DNA of 64,000 bases from Mobula hypostoma (Eukaryota): contig NC_086118.1 of NCBI RefSeq assembly GCF_963921235.1, forward strand, positions 17,672,001 through 17,736,000. The letters run 5' to 3'. Position numbers and translations under genes: made by a program. Positions 55,001 to 63,744 of the stretch are shown in pieces (position 1 is the first letter of the stretch; the number at the start of each line of letters is the position of its first letter). Under the pieces are notes generated by a model. That model was not told the origin of the DNA. It searched no databases and saw only the letters and a program-made list of their open reading frames with translations.

Positions 55001-58000
55001 AACACAGTTTGGTTTTCGTAAAGGCTCAGGAACAAGAGAAGGAATATTTGTGATGAGAAACATCATGGAGAGATGCATTGAGGCACAAAAGACCATCTAC
55101 TTGTGCTTTATTGACTATGAAAAGGCTTTTAATAAAGACACGAGAAAGTAATAGAGGTGCTGATCAAATACGATCTGGGATGGGAGAAGTGCAGATAATA
55201 AGGAACTTGTATTGGAAACAGAAAGCGGCGGTCAGGGTAGAAAATGAGCTATCACCATGGGCATGTATTAAATGAGGCGTAAGGCAAGGCTGTGTTGGCT
55301 CACCAGATTTGTTCAACCTCTACGGAGAATGGATTTTTTGGGAATGCGACCATCAGAAGACAGGTATTCCAATTGGAGGCCGGAAGGTGGATAACATCAG
55401 GTATGCGGATGACACCACGTTGTTAGCTGACAGCGAATGCGAACTGCAAATTATGCTGAATAAAGTGAATGAGAAAAGCCTTGACTATGGACTAAAAATC
55501 AACCCTAAGAAAACAAAATCGATCGTGGTAAGCAAAACAAACACTAAAGAATCATTCATGATGGTATCATTACAAGTGAATGGACAAGACATTGAACAGG
55601 TGCGAAAGTTTGAGTATCTTGGCAGTTGTCTGACAGATGACGGGAGATGTGAAGTTGAGATCAGAAGGAGAATAGGTATGGCTAAGACCCAGTTCATGAA
55701 GCTACAAGATCTACTATGCAATCGGAAGGTAGACATCCAAAGTAGAATTCACTTCCTCGAGTGTTATGTATGGTCAGTGCTGAGGTATGGATCAGAAACA
55801 TGGACCCTGAAGAAAGGTGACATGAAACGAATTAATGCTTTTGAAATGTGGTGCTATCGACGAATGTTGAAGATCAGCTGGGTAGAGAAAGTTTCAAATG
55901 AGAGGGTTTTGTCTGAAGTTGATAGACCACAGATACTCAAACAACAGGAATTCTGCAGATGCTGGAAATTCAAGCAACACACATCAAAGTTGCTGGTGAA
56001 CGCAGCAGGCTAGGCAGCATCTCTAGGAAGAGGTACAGTCGACGTTTCAGGCCGAGACCCTTCGTCAGTACTAACTGAAGGAAGAGTTAGTAAGAGATTA
56101 GAAAGTTGGAGGGGGAGGGGCAGATCCAAAATGATAGGAGAAGACAGGGGGGGGGGATGCAGTCAAGAGCTGGACAGGTGATTGGCAAAAGGGGATATGA
56201 GAGGATCATGGGACAGGAGGTCCGGGGAGAAAAACAAGTAGGGGGGGAACCCAGAGGATGGGCAAGGGTATAGTCAGAGGGAGAAAAAGGAGAGTGAGAG
56301 AAAGAATGTGTGTATAAAAATAAATAACGGATGGGGTACGGAGGGAGGTGGGGCATTAGTGGAAGTTAGAGAAGTCAATGTTCATGCCATCAGGTTGGAG
56401 GCTACCCTGATGGAATATAAGGTGTTGTTCCTCCAACCTGAGTGTGGCTTCATCTTTACAGTAGAGGAGGCAGTGAATAGACATGTCAGAATGGGAATGG
56501 GATGTGGAATGCCCTGAATGATGGTGAGGGAGGAAGTGTAAGGGCATGTGTAGCACTTGTTCCGCTTACAAGGATAAGTGCCAGGAGGGAGATCAGTGGG
56601 GAGGGAGGGGGGGGACGAATGGACAAGGGAGTCGCGTAGGGAGCGATCCCTGTGGAAAGCAGAGAGAGGGGGAGGGAAAGATGTGCTTTTCCCCTCCGTA
56701 ACTTCCGCCACCTCCAACGGGATCCCACCACTAAGCACATCTTTCCCTCCTCCCTCTCTGCTTTCCGCAGGGATCGCTCCCTACGCAACTCCCTTGTCCA
56801 TTCGCCCCCCCCATCCCTCCCCACTGATCTCCCTCCTGGCACTTATCCTTGTAAGCGGAACAAGTGCTACACATGCCCTTACACTTCCTCCCTCACCACC
56901 ATTAAGGGCCCCAGACAGTCCTCCAGGTAAGGCGACACTTCACTTGTGAGTCGGCTGGGGTGACATACTGCGTCCGGTGCTCCCGATGTGGCCTTCTATA
57001 TATTGGCGAGACCCGACGCAGACTGGGAGACCGCTTTGCTGAACACCTACGCTCTGTCTGCCGGAGAAAGCAGGATCTCCCAGTGGCCACACATTTTAAT
57101 CCCACATCCCATTCCCATTCTGACATGTCTATCCACGGCCTCCTCTACTGTAAAGATGAAGCCACACTCAGGTTGGAGGAACAACACCTTATATTCCATC
57201 TGGGTAGCCTCCAACCTGATGGCATGAACATTGACTTCTCTAACTTCCGCTAATGCCCCACCTCCCCCTTGTACCCCATCCGTTATTTATTTTTATACAT
57301 ACATTCTTTCTCTCACTCTCCTTTTTCTCCCTCTGTCCTTCTGACTATACCACTTGCTCATCCTCTGGGTTCCCCCCCCCCCTTGTTTTTCTCCCCGGAC
57401 CCCCTGTTCCATGATCCTCTCATATCCCTTTTGCCAATCATCTGTCCAGCTCTTGGCTCCATTCCTCACCCTCCTGTCTTCTCCTATCATTTTGGATCTC
57501 CCCCTCCCCCTCCCACTTTCTAATCTCTTACTAACTTTTCCTTCAGTTAGTCCTGACGAAGGGTCTTGGCCTGAAATGTCGACTGTACCTCTTCCTAGAG
57601 ATGCTGCCTGGCCTGCTGCGTTCACCAGCAACTTTGATGTGTGTTGCTAGACCACAGATACTGCTGGAGAATATTATGAAGTTAAAAGTTGCTTATTGTG
57701 GACATGTTACGCAGAGAGGTAACATCTTGTTGGACTTGCTATGTGGAAGGATGGGGGGAAAGAAAGGAAGAGGAAGGCAAAGAACAACGTGGCTGGATAA
57801 CATCAAGGATTGGACCAAGCTGGACAAGACTAGGGATGTTATGGACAAGTGTCGGGACAGAGCGGCATGGAGGGAAACGGTCCGCCAACTGGAAATTCCA
57901 GATACGACCTAACAAGGAATGTTAAAGTTATGTAAGACCACTTATATTCATTTCTGGTCACTTCACTCCAGGAAGAATGTGAATACTATAGAGAGAGTGC

Positions 58001-61000
58001 AGAGGAGATTTACAAGCATTTTGTCTGGATTGGAGAGTATGCCTTATGAGAAAAGGTTGAGTGAACTTGCCCTTTTCTCCTTGTAACAACAGAGAATGAG
58101 AGGTGACCTGATATAGGTGTACAAGATGATGAGAGGCATTGATCATGTGGTTAGCCAAAGGCTTTTTTCCCAGGGCTGAAATGGGAAAAAAGGGGGCGTA
58201 GTTTTAAGGTGCTTGGAAGTGGGTACAAGGGGGATGGCAGAGGTAAGTTTTTCACACAGAGAGTGGTGGGTGTGTGGAATGCACTGCCATTGACGGTGGT
58301 ACAGGACGATACAATAGGGTCTTTTAATAGACTCTTCGGTAGGTATAAGGAGCTTAGAAAAATAGAGGGCTATGCAGTAGGGAAATTCTAGGCAGTTTGT
58401 AGAGTAGGTTACATGGTCGGCACAACATTGTGGGCTGAAGGGCCTGTAATGTGCTGTAGATTTCTATGCTAATTGAACAATATTCATTTCCATTTGCTAC
58501 TGCTCAGCAGTTGGAATGGTTTGTGTTTGCATGGAGAAATAACACATAGGCGTCACATTTAGTCCACAAAATTGACAACGATGACTATTTCCAACAAAAG
58601 TAAACCTAATTATTTACTCTTCAGTTTCAGTACCATTATCATTGATGAGTCTGCATCATCAGCACCCTATTAGATGGAAACCAAGCTGGATCAGCTACAT
58701 AAAGAGTCACTAGAAAACTACCCTGTCATGAATAACTCACCACCAGATACTCTAGAGCATCTTTACCATCTCTTAGGCACGAGCCAGGAGTGTAACAGAA
58801 TACTCTCTCCTTGTCTAGTCAAATGCATCTTGACCAGTTCTCATACAAAACAACTCACTTGATTTGCATTCAGTCCACCATCCTAGGCGTTCATTCTCTC
58901 CAGCACCAGCACATCATATTTGCACCTTGTTAGGTGTGTAGCACCTGAAAAGAGCCCTGCAGTCACGCACCTAAACTGCTCCAGCATCACATCCTAAACT
59001 TTGAATTCAGCTGCGGGTATCACGGGCAACAGGCAACACATCCGAGTCATATATAATGTAATCCTGACTTGGAAGTTCACATTGCATCATCACTGAGTAA
59101 GGATCCTGGGCACTGTAGGAGTACCTTTGCTGTCAGGATTGCTGTGATTCAATAAAGCAGCTTACCACTACCCTTCAATGGTAATTTCAGATGGAGTATG
59201 AGTCCTATATCCAGAAAAATGAATAAATGGAAACTTTGTAAACTTCATTGTATTGAGAATTGTTTTTGTTTTTTGTCATGCTTCCTATATTACTGTCAGG
59301 ATGATGAATAAATTTTGGAAGAAATAGCTTGTAGATATAGAGTGTATTTTACGAGGGGTGATTGATAACTTTGTGGCCTAAGGTAGAAGGAGTCAATTTT
59401 AGAGAACCTTGCACATTTATTTTTCCTACATTTACACACTTAGTCTAGCGGTCGTGGAGCATACGGATCCCTTCTGTGTAGAAGTTGGTGGCTTGGACCT
59501 CTAAAACTGGTCCACAGCAGGGATAATTGATAAGTTTGTGGCCTAAGATAGAAGGAGATGAGTTGTTAACTTTAAACTTTCTGCATTTTCACTCAGAGTT
59601 GAACTGCACATGTATGTAACAAGAGTTGTATAACTCATCTGCTTCTACCCAAGGCCACGAACTTATCAATCACCCCTGCTGTGGACCACCTGGAGGTCCA
59701 AGACGCTCTCGTTACATGCACGTGCAGTTCAACTCTTTGAGTGATAACGCAGAAAGTTTGAAGTTAATAACACATCTCCTTCTACCTTAGGCCACGAACT
59801 TATCAATCATCCCTGCTGTGGACCACTTCTACAAAGTAGGGATCCGTATGCTCCACGACCGCTGGACTAAGTGTGTACATGTAGGGGGGGACTGTGTTGA
59901 AAAATAAATGTGCTAGGTTTTCTAAAATTGACTCCTTCTACCTTAGGCCACGAACTTATCATTCACCCCTCGTACAAATCTAAAGATTTAAGTCAGAATT
60001 TGTCCTCTGTTTATTAAAGTAGCAGGCATATGTTTTGCTTTATTTCCACTGAACTGATATCATTGAAGTGTCTATTGGAAGCAGGGTTTAACAATATTGA
60101 ATAGATACGATGAAGGAAACATTTCTATACATTTCCGGACTGGTGTAGATTCAGTGGAAAGATTATAACATTATAGGATAGGCAACACGGATTCAATTCC
60201 TCCTGCTGCCTGTAAAGAGCTTGCACATTCTCCACGTAACCATGTGAGTTTCCTCACACAGTCCAAAGACATACTGGTTGCTAGGGTAATTGGTCATTGT
60301 AAATTGTCCCATTATTAAACTGGGATTAAATTGGGAAGTTGCTGGGCAGCATGACTCGAAGGGCTGTCAGGGTTATTCCGCAATGTATCTCAATAAATAA
60401 ATAAATAAAACAGCTGTAGAACATTTCACAGTTCTCGGTGGAAAGCAGAACTTTTGGATTAGTTTCAAGATATTTGTTGAAGAAATGTGAACCATTTTTG
60501 AATCATTCCAATTGTAGGTTCAACGTCATTTGTCTAAACTATTTGACAACATGGCCAACATGAAATTCCAGACAGAGGGTGATAATAAGCCAACTAAAAT
60601 GGCCTTGGGGATGTACAGCAAGGAGGATGAATACGTAAACTTCAAAGAGCCATGTGACTGCAATGGGCAGGTAGGAAAAGCATGTCTGTGTCTGCTGAAG
60701 CTATTCAAATGTGTTAATAAGTGGAAATGTAACCTTGGATGCGAGACTACTTGAGAATTGCCAAGTGGGTGTGGTCATCTCATTGAAACTATCTGCCAAC
60801 TATTTCTACACTCATAATTATCTATACCTCTGTAAGGATCTCTCTAGGCTATTTTTTCTGCTCCAGAGAAATAAGCATAGACTTTCCTATCTCCATTTGT
60901 TCAATGCCAGAAAACTTACGATGAATCTGTTCTGGATCCTCCCCTTCCTGTTCTCATGTGATCATCGTTTGCTGGTTTGAAATGTCCTCATTCCTCAGGT

Positions 61001-63744
61001 CCTTTATTCTTTTCGACAATATTATAAGAATCATCTTAGAAACGTAAAAAAATAGGAGCAAGAAAAAACTCCTTGAGTGTGATCCACCATTCGCTAAGAC
61101 CATGACGAATACTCTACTTGGCAACATTTTCCTTTCATTTCCATATTGCTTGATTCCTGTAATATCCACCTCAGTTAAAAATGGTTTGAGTCTCTAAAAC
61201 TCCACAGTAGAGAATTCCAAAGATTCACCTTCATTTGATTGTAGACATTTTCCTCATTTCAGTCTTAAGTGATTTACCATTTGTTTTGAAAATTACCCTT
61301 ATTCTGGACTTTCATCTAGAATTGTAATGATTGTTATTCTAATTAATCTAACTCGATTCTAACACTAGAACTTACCTTGCAGCCAAATCTGATCACTTTT
61401 ATAGTTGTTTTTGTGTTTTTAATAGATATAAATTTGTCCTGCAATTAATTCTTGTTTCCAATGTTTTTACTGCCAAACATTTACTCCAATGTCCCAACTA
61501 CTGTGGCCAACTTACATTTCATACTTTTAACAGTTTGTGTTATTTAGATTTAAGTTTCTATTTTCAGATTGAAGTCCGTCACTTACGAGTCTTGTGATCA
61601 CTCTGCAGATTATTAATGACTCCCTTTTCAGTATGCAACTGTAGATCTAAAATGATGTTTTTGTGGTTGGGGCTTTTGTAGGAGAGTGGGGAATGATTTC
61701 ATGAACTGCTGCAGTGTATTGTGGATCCAAGGAATTGCTGTTGCAAGGGTCCAGCATTTCACATTCCTGAGGGGAGCAGACTGCAGCCTGGGAGTAGCTA
61801 AAATTCGTAGTCCTCCTTACTTCATGCTAAAGCAGGCCTGAGGCATTGTGAAGGGCAGAGATCATCATCAATGAAAATGTTATAACTGTGTCTTGGTGCA
61901 TGTTAAACTTGTGTTTATACATCAGATCAAGAAAGTAAAGACTTTGTTGTGTTTGAAGTTAACCTCTTTATTTTCCTCTTGGAAATTTTTTTCCCTTCCA
62001 ATTTGGGCATACATAAGTTTTAAAGTAAAATATATGTCATTATTTTAGGCCTGATTCATCAATGTAACTTATGCTTTACCAATTCTTTTTCACTTTACTA
62101 AATTACTGTTGATACTTTCCTTCTATGCCTTTGGGTGTGGCTTTGTATTGAGGTGTGTGATGTCCCATCTCCAGGATGTTGGTGTATTTTGCAAACGTTA
62201 TAAACACAAGCTAATTTTTTTATTGTTTCACTTTTAAATTATGAATTGTAAATTCTGTCAGAGCCTCTTACTTGCAAGCTTATGTTGCAGTTGTGTGTTT
62301 TGTGGAAGGGGAAACAGAGGTTAATTAGACAACATAGCAGAGCTGTTAGGGAACAAGTGTAATTTGTTCACATCCGTAGGTGGAATGACTGAATAGCTGA
62401 AGCTGTGAGTTTGGTGGGATTTGCAAACTATATTGGACAAAACTGGAGGTTTAAACATGCCAAATTACTGTTTTTGATAACTGCTAATTTTTACCAAATA
62501 TATACCTTGGGTTTCAAATTTGTTTAAGGTAATATATTTAGTTTCTAAGATTGTGGTCCTGTATGTGTCATAATGATGAAGACATTATTTACTTTCTGTT
62601 CAAGGTTGAGACTTGGTTGAATCGCGTGCTTGAAACCATGAAAGATACAGTGAGGCATGAAATGACTGAGGCTGTTGTGGTTTATGAAGAGAAGCCAAGA
62701 GATCAGTGGCTGTTTGATTATCCAGCTCAGGTAGGCCAGAACAAACAACAAATCTGGCTTTATCACTAGCCTCTTGCTTGTATTTTAATCATTTGATATA
62801 TTTCCAGCCTGCCAACAGTGATCGGGTTCCATGGCACTATTACGTGGAATGGATTTTGTCTTTATCACCTAGAAACCAGAGAGGAAAATAATTTGACACT
62901 GTTTAGCAGCATTCACCAGCTAATTTCATCCTCCGTACAAGAGATGTGTTACATTTAGTTGATATAAAATGAATCCATCTCTCTTTGGTTCCCCTGTGTT
63001 GGCAAACTAAAAAAAACACAGTTCAAAGGTCACCAGAGCTATATTATATTTACATTATTAATCTTAATCTGGTTGCTAAACTCTGGGTTTCTTTTTAAAG
63101 TTGTAGACTGTATTTGTCTGATGAAAAGTCTTGGATCTAAAATGTTCAAATTACAGAGCTACATAGAATGGAAACAGACCCTCCAGCCCAACTTATCCAT
63201 GTCAACCAAATTGCCAACTCGAGCTAGCTCCATTTTCCCACACATGGCTCAAATCACTGTCAATCTTTTCATCCTAATTACATTTCTACTTCCATGCATC
63301 CTGCCTGACCTGCTGTCTGCTTCTAGCGCTTTGGTATCAGGTTCTGAGCATTTGCAGTTTTTTTGTTTTTCATTTTTGTATTGTTCATTTCTTCCTTTTT
63401 AATAGTAGACAACTTGATGAATCTTCTATTTGTACGCAAAATAATCTGTTTATTAATATTTGTGAACAATTCACTTTACGTTGAGCCTGCTTTTCTTGAA
63501 CCAGGTAGCACTTACTTGCACTCAGATTTGGTGGACTACAGAGGTTGGGATTTCCTTTGCCAGACTGGAAGAAGGGTATGAAAACGCCATTAAGGACTAT
63601 TACAAAAAGCAAGTTAATCAGCTGAATACACTTATCACCATGCTAATTGGTCAGCTCTCGAAGGGGGATCGGCAGAAGATCATGACCATCTGTACCATCG
63701 ATGTCCATGCACGAGATGTTGTTGCAAAGATAATTGCTCAGAAG
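9971..63744 (+). CDS. DNAH9: Axonemal dynein heavy chain 9-like, partial gene: 16 internal exons covering the tail/stem and the linker before AAA1; continues beyond both window ends
   Basis: Spliced exons give one continuous frame (…[21 protein letters not shown]…[21 protein letters not shown]…[26 protein letters not shown]…[10 protein letters not shown]…[21 protein letters not shown]…[19 protein letters not shown]). All 15 introns are GT-AG with matching phases. Peptides resemble vertebrate DNAH9 more than DNAH11/17, judged from memory without a search. Confidence 0.9.
11085..11153 (+). CDS. DNAH9: DNAH9-like exon, 69 nt, phase 2 to 2
   Basis: ttctacag|G CAG ATG GAC… [22 protein letters not shown]; donor CA|gtaagt; not in the ORF track. 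Confidence 0.85.
11490..11700 (-). mobile_element. V-SINE-like SINE, degraded
   Basis: Reverse complement contains tgtggagtttgcagg…tttcctctggatatgctggtttccttccacaaagac, a V-domain-like core. Confidence 0.55.
12949..13215 (-). mobile_element. Young miniature fold-back PLE insertion with about 98-bp perfect inverted arms
   Basis: Arms 12979-13076 and 13122-13219; 14-bp TSD ttgagattccccta at 12935-12948 and 13216-13229. Confidence 0.92.
13117..13152 (+). ncRNA. Intact minimal type-I hammerhead motif, sense to the dynein pre-mRNA; predicted cleavage after 13148
   Basis: AGUC-CUGACGA-AGGGUCUCGGCCU-GAAA-CGUC^GACU. Confidence 0.78.
15120..15246 (+). CDS. DNAH9: DNAH9-like exon, 127 nt
   Basis: ttttactag|G TAT GAA… [42 protein letters not shown]; donor CAG|gtaagt. 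Confidence 0.92.
15310..16402 (+). mobile_element. CR1 LINE 3' portion
   Basis: Degraded RT ([30 protein letters not shown]), CR1 3' UTR gggctgaagggcctgt, tail ttctatgttctat. Confidence 0.85.
17004..17259 (+). CDS. DNAH9: DNAH9-like exon, 256 nt
   Basis: tttacag|CTT GTC… [12 protein letters not shown]…LLNWKSE; donor G|gtaatt. Confidence 0.92.
17970..18211 (+). CDS. DNAH9: DNAH9-like exon, 242 nt
   Basis: ttgctaag|GC ATC TGG… [25 protein letters not shown]…KIRLLVK; donor AAG|gtatgg. Confidence 0.9.
18545..18835 (+). mobile_element. V-SINE-like SINE
   Basis: gtaaggagtttgtatgttctccccgtgaccacgtgggttt…gggtgctc…tccaaagacgt core; related copies at about 19185-19330 and 60185-60410. Confidence 0.65.
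20192..20327 (+). CDS. DNAH9: DNAH9-like exon, 136 nt
   Basis: caatag|GAC AAC… [45 protein letters not shown]; donor G|gtaaga; not in the ORF track. Confidence 0.9.
22525..22980 (-). mobile_element. CR1 3' end fragment
   Basis: Minus [32 protein letters not shown]; homologous to 32140-32560 and 36070-36560. Confidence 0.7.
23284..23480 (+). CDS. DNAH9: DNAH9-like exon, 197 nt
   Basis: ttttcatag|AA CCT AAA… [15 protein letters not shown]…[13 protein letters not shown]; donor CAG|gtaaga. Confidence 0.92.
23642..25254 (-). mobile_element. Internally deleted Tigger/pogo-like DNA transposon
   Basis: TA flanks at 23640-41 and 25255-56; TIRs caggtttctcctgc / gcaggggacacctg; minus-strand remnants of the transposase N-terminus ([20 protein letters not shown]) joined to the acidic C-terminus ([26 protein letters not shown]…YKQLYDRK); DDE core absent. 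Confidence 0.8.
24191..24446. repeat. 256-bp near-perfect palindrome inside the Tigger-like element
   Basis: tcgcgaagaacgcagcggtagccaggagacacacagcacatctttaagaaaaaagccgaaataaacatgctaattaat… is mirrored by …attaattagcatgtttatttcggcttttttcttaaagatgtgctgtgtgtctcctggctaccgctgcgttcttcgcga. Confidence 0.9.
25996..26420 (+). CDS. DNAH9: DNAH9-like exon, 425 nt
   Basis: ttttctcag|GCT GAT ATG… [13 protein letters not shown]…[11 protein letters not shown]; donor AG|gtaaga. Confidence 0.94.
28580..29760 (+). mobile_element. Rex1/Babar-type LINE RT fragment, interrupted at about 29205-29375 by an inverted CR1-type tail
   Basis: [52 protein letters not shown] motifs. Confidence 0.75.
29978..30164 (+). 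mobile_element. Old fold-back PLE-derived short element
   Basis: Degraded inverted PLE termini; 14-bp TSD with one mismatch, attagtacagcagg (29964-29977) / attactacagcagg (30165-30178). Confidence 0.7.
31298..31520 (+). CDS. DNAH9: DNAH9-like exon, 223 nt
   Basis: ttttcctag|T TTG GCT… [15 protein letters not shown]…[11 protein letters not shown]; donor GAG|gtcagt. Confidence 0.93.
32140..36045 (-). mobile_element. Long degraded CR1 LINE (3' end, ORF2 RT/APE fragments, ORF1 and 5' UTR), possibly two fused copies
   Basis: [44 protein letters not shown]…SDHNMIEF (APE); ORF1-like [26 protein letters not shown]. Confidence 0.8.
36070..36560 (-). mobile_element. CR1 3' end fragment
   Basis: [34 protein letters not shown]. 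Confidence 0.75.
36890..37290 (+). mobile_element. Rex1/Babar 3' fragment, degraded
   Basis: catcatcaaagacccc…ccaggccaagctctgttctcactgctgcca, homologous to the end of ORF 51783..52445. Confidence 0.55.
37734..37900 (+). CDS. DNAH9: DNAH9-like exon, 167 nt
   Basis: ttgtacag|GAG CTA… [14 protein letters not shown]…EQFRKNAPF; donor AG|gtgagg. Confidence 0.93.
39053..39420 (-). mobile_element. LINE 3' fragment with (TATC)n tail
   Basis: tagatagatagatatactttattgatcccgaggg… with AATAAA and a microsatellite tail on the minus strand. Confidence 0.5.
39685..39815 (+). mobile_element. Old PLE-derived terminal fragment
   Basis: ggactgatgcaggg…agattccagcatctgcagtcttttgtgt resembles the PLE end. Confidence 0.5.
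40063..40806 (+). mobile_element. CR1 3' portion, relatively young
   Basis: [39 protein letters not shown]; tail ttctatgtttctatg. Confidence 0.85.
42776..43646 (+). CDS. DNAH9: DNAH9-like large exon, 871 nt
   Basis: ttttcattag|G TTT GAT… [10 protein letters not shown]…[14 protein letters not shown]…[11 protein letters not shown]; donor GAG|gtataa. Confidence 0.95.
43776..43991 (+). mobile_element. Old fold-back PLE-derived short element
   Basis: Inverted PLE termini; 12-bp TSD tggagaaaataa at 43764-43775 and 43992-44003. Confidence 0.75.
45211..45341 (+). CDS. DNAH9: DNAH9-like exon, 131 nt
   Basis: catgtag|GAT TCC… [43 protein letters not shown]; donor AG|gtaaat; not in the ORF track. Confidence 0.92.
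46691..46817 (+). CDS. DNAH9: DNAH9-like exon, 127 nt
   Basis: tcctgcatag|A CTG GCA… [42 protein letters not shown]; donor CAG|gtgagc. Confidence 0.94.
47141..47365 (+). mobile_element. tRNA-derived SINE with duplicated A-box
   Basis: Pol III A-box-like tggccaagtgg in tandem copies (47153-47199); B-box ggttcgagcc at 47223-47232; then gtgcccttgagcaaggcact. Confidence 0.7.
47370..48412 (-). mobile_element. CR1 LINE, internally deleted; 5' UTR continues after 50652
   Basis: [33 protein letters not shown] (RT) joined to ORF1-like [16 protein letters not shown]. Confidence 0.75.
48413..50652 (-). mobile_element. Non-autonomous two-LTR retrotransposon, Gypsy-like
   Basis: Direct repeats TGTA…TACA at 48413-49006 and 50067-50652; minus-strand PBS tgggggctcatccgggat (50045-50062), 17/18 match to the tRNA-Pro PBS; purine tract ggggggaagag next to the other LTR; flanks ttat/ttag; gag-like remnant at 49425..49832. 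Confidence 0.85.
51541..52393 (-). mobile_element. Rex1/Babar LINE 3' fragment, young
   Basis: Open frame [16 protein letters not shown]…[21 protein letters not shown]…[22 protein letters not shown]…[17 protein letters not shown] and short ctgattctga tail on the minus strand. Confidence 0.85.
56037..56072 (-). ncRNA. PLE hammerhead motif with a stem I mismatch
   Basis: Minus strand reads AGUA-CUGACGA-AGGGUCUCGGCCU-GAAA-CGUC-GACU. Confidence 0.6.
57549..57584 (+). ncRNA. PLE hammerhead motif with C>T in stem III
   Basis: AGUC-CUGACGA-AGGGUCUUGGCCU-GAAA-UGUC-GACU. Confidence 0.6.
57925..58470 (+). mobile_element. CR1 3' fragment
   Basis: Homologous to 40290-40806; [18 protein letters not shown]. 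Confidence 0.8.
59352..59972. mobile_element. Tc1/mariner-type fold-back MITE, 621 bp
   Basis: TA flanks; termini cgaggggtgattgataa… / …ttatcattcacccctcg; long inverted arms; no ORF. Confidence 0.85.
60185..60410 (+). mobile_element. V-SINE-like SINE with (AAAT)n tail
   Basis: ttcaattcctcctgctgcctgtaaagagcttgcacattctcc…cagtccaaagacatac… aataaataaataaa. Confidence 0.6.
60518..60670 (+). CDS. DNAH9: DNAH9-like exon, 153 nt
   Basis: attgtag|GTT CAA… [17 protein letters not shown]…EPCDCNGQ; donor CAG|gtagga. Confidence 0.93.
62605..62730 (+). CDS. DNAH9: DNAH9-like exon, 126 nt
   Basis: ctgttcaag|GTT GAG… [42 protein letters not shown]; donor CAG|gtaggc. Confidence 0.93.
63505..63744 (+). CDS. 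DNAH9: DNAH9-like exon, 240 nt
   Basis: gaaccag|GTA GCA… [14 protein letters not shown]…[17 protein letters not shown]; donor AAG|gttggt. Confidence 0.94.

Larger units (their letters stand above)
55938..57647 (-). mobile_element. Fold-back PLE insertion of 1.7 kb, nested in the RTE LINE
   Basis: Minus arm about 55940-56686, plus arm about 56694-57647 with an uninterrupted GIY-YIG C-terminus ([28 protein letters not shown]…MNIDFSNFR); 15-bp TSD tagaccacagatact at 55923-55937 and 57648-57662. Confidence 0.93.
54583..57916 (+). mobile_element. 5'-truncated RTE-clade LINE, split by a PLE insertion
   Basis: [56 protein letters not shown]; possible 7-bp TSD gaatgtt at 54576-54582 and 57917-57923. 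Confidence 0.88.

Noticed and set aside
59352..59972. Repeated 40-bp motifs as a CRISPR-like array
   Set aside because: Mixed orientations, non-unique spacers, TA-flanked TIRs and vertebrate context indicate a MITE.
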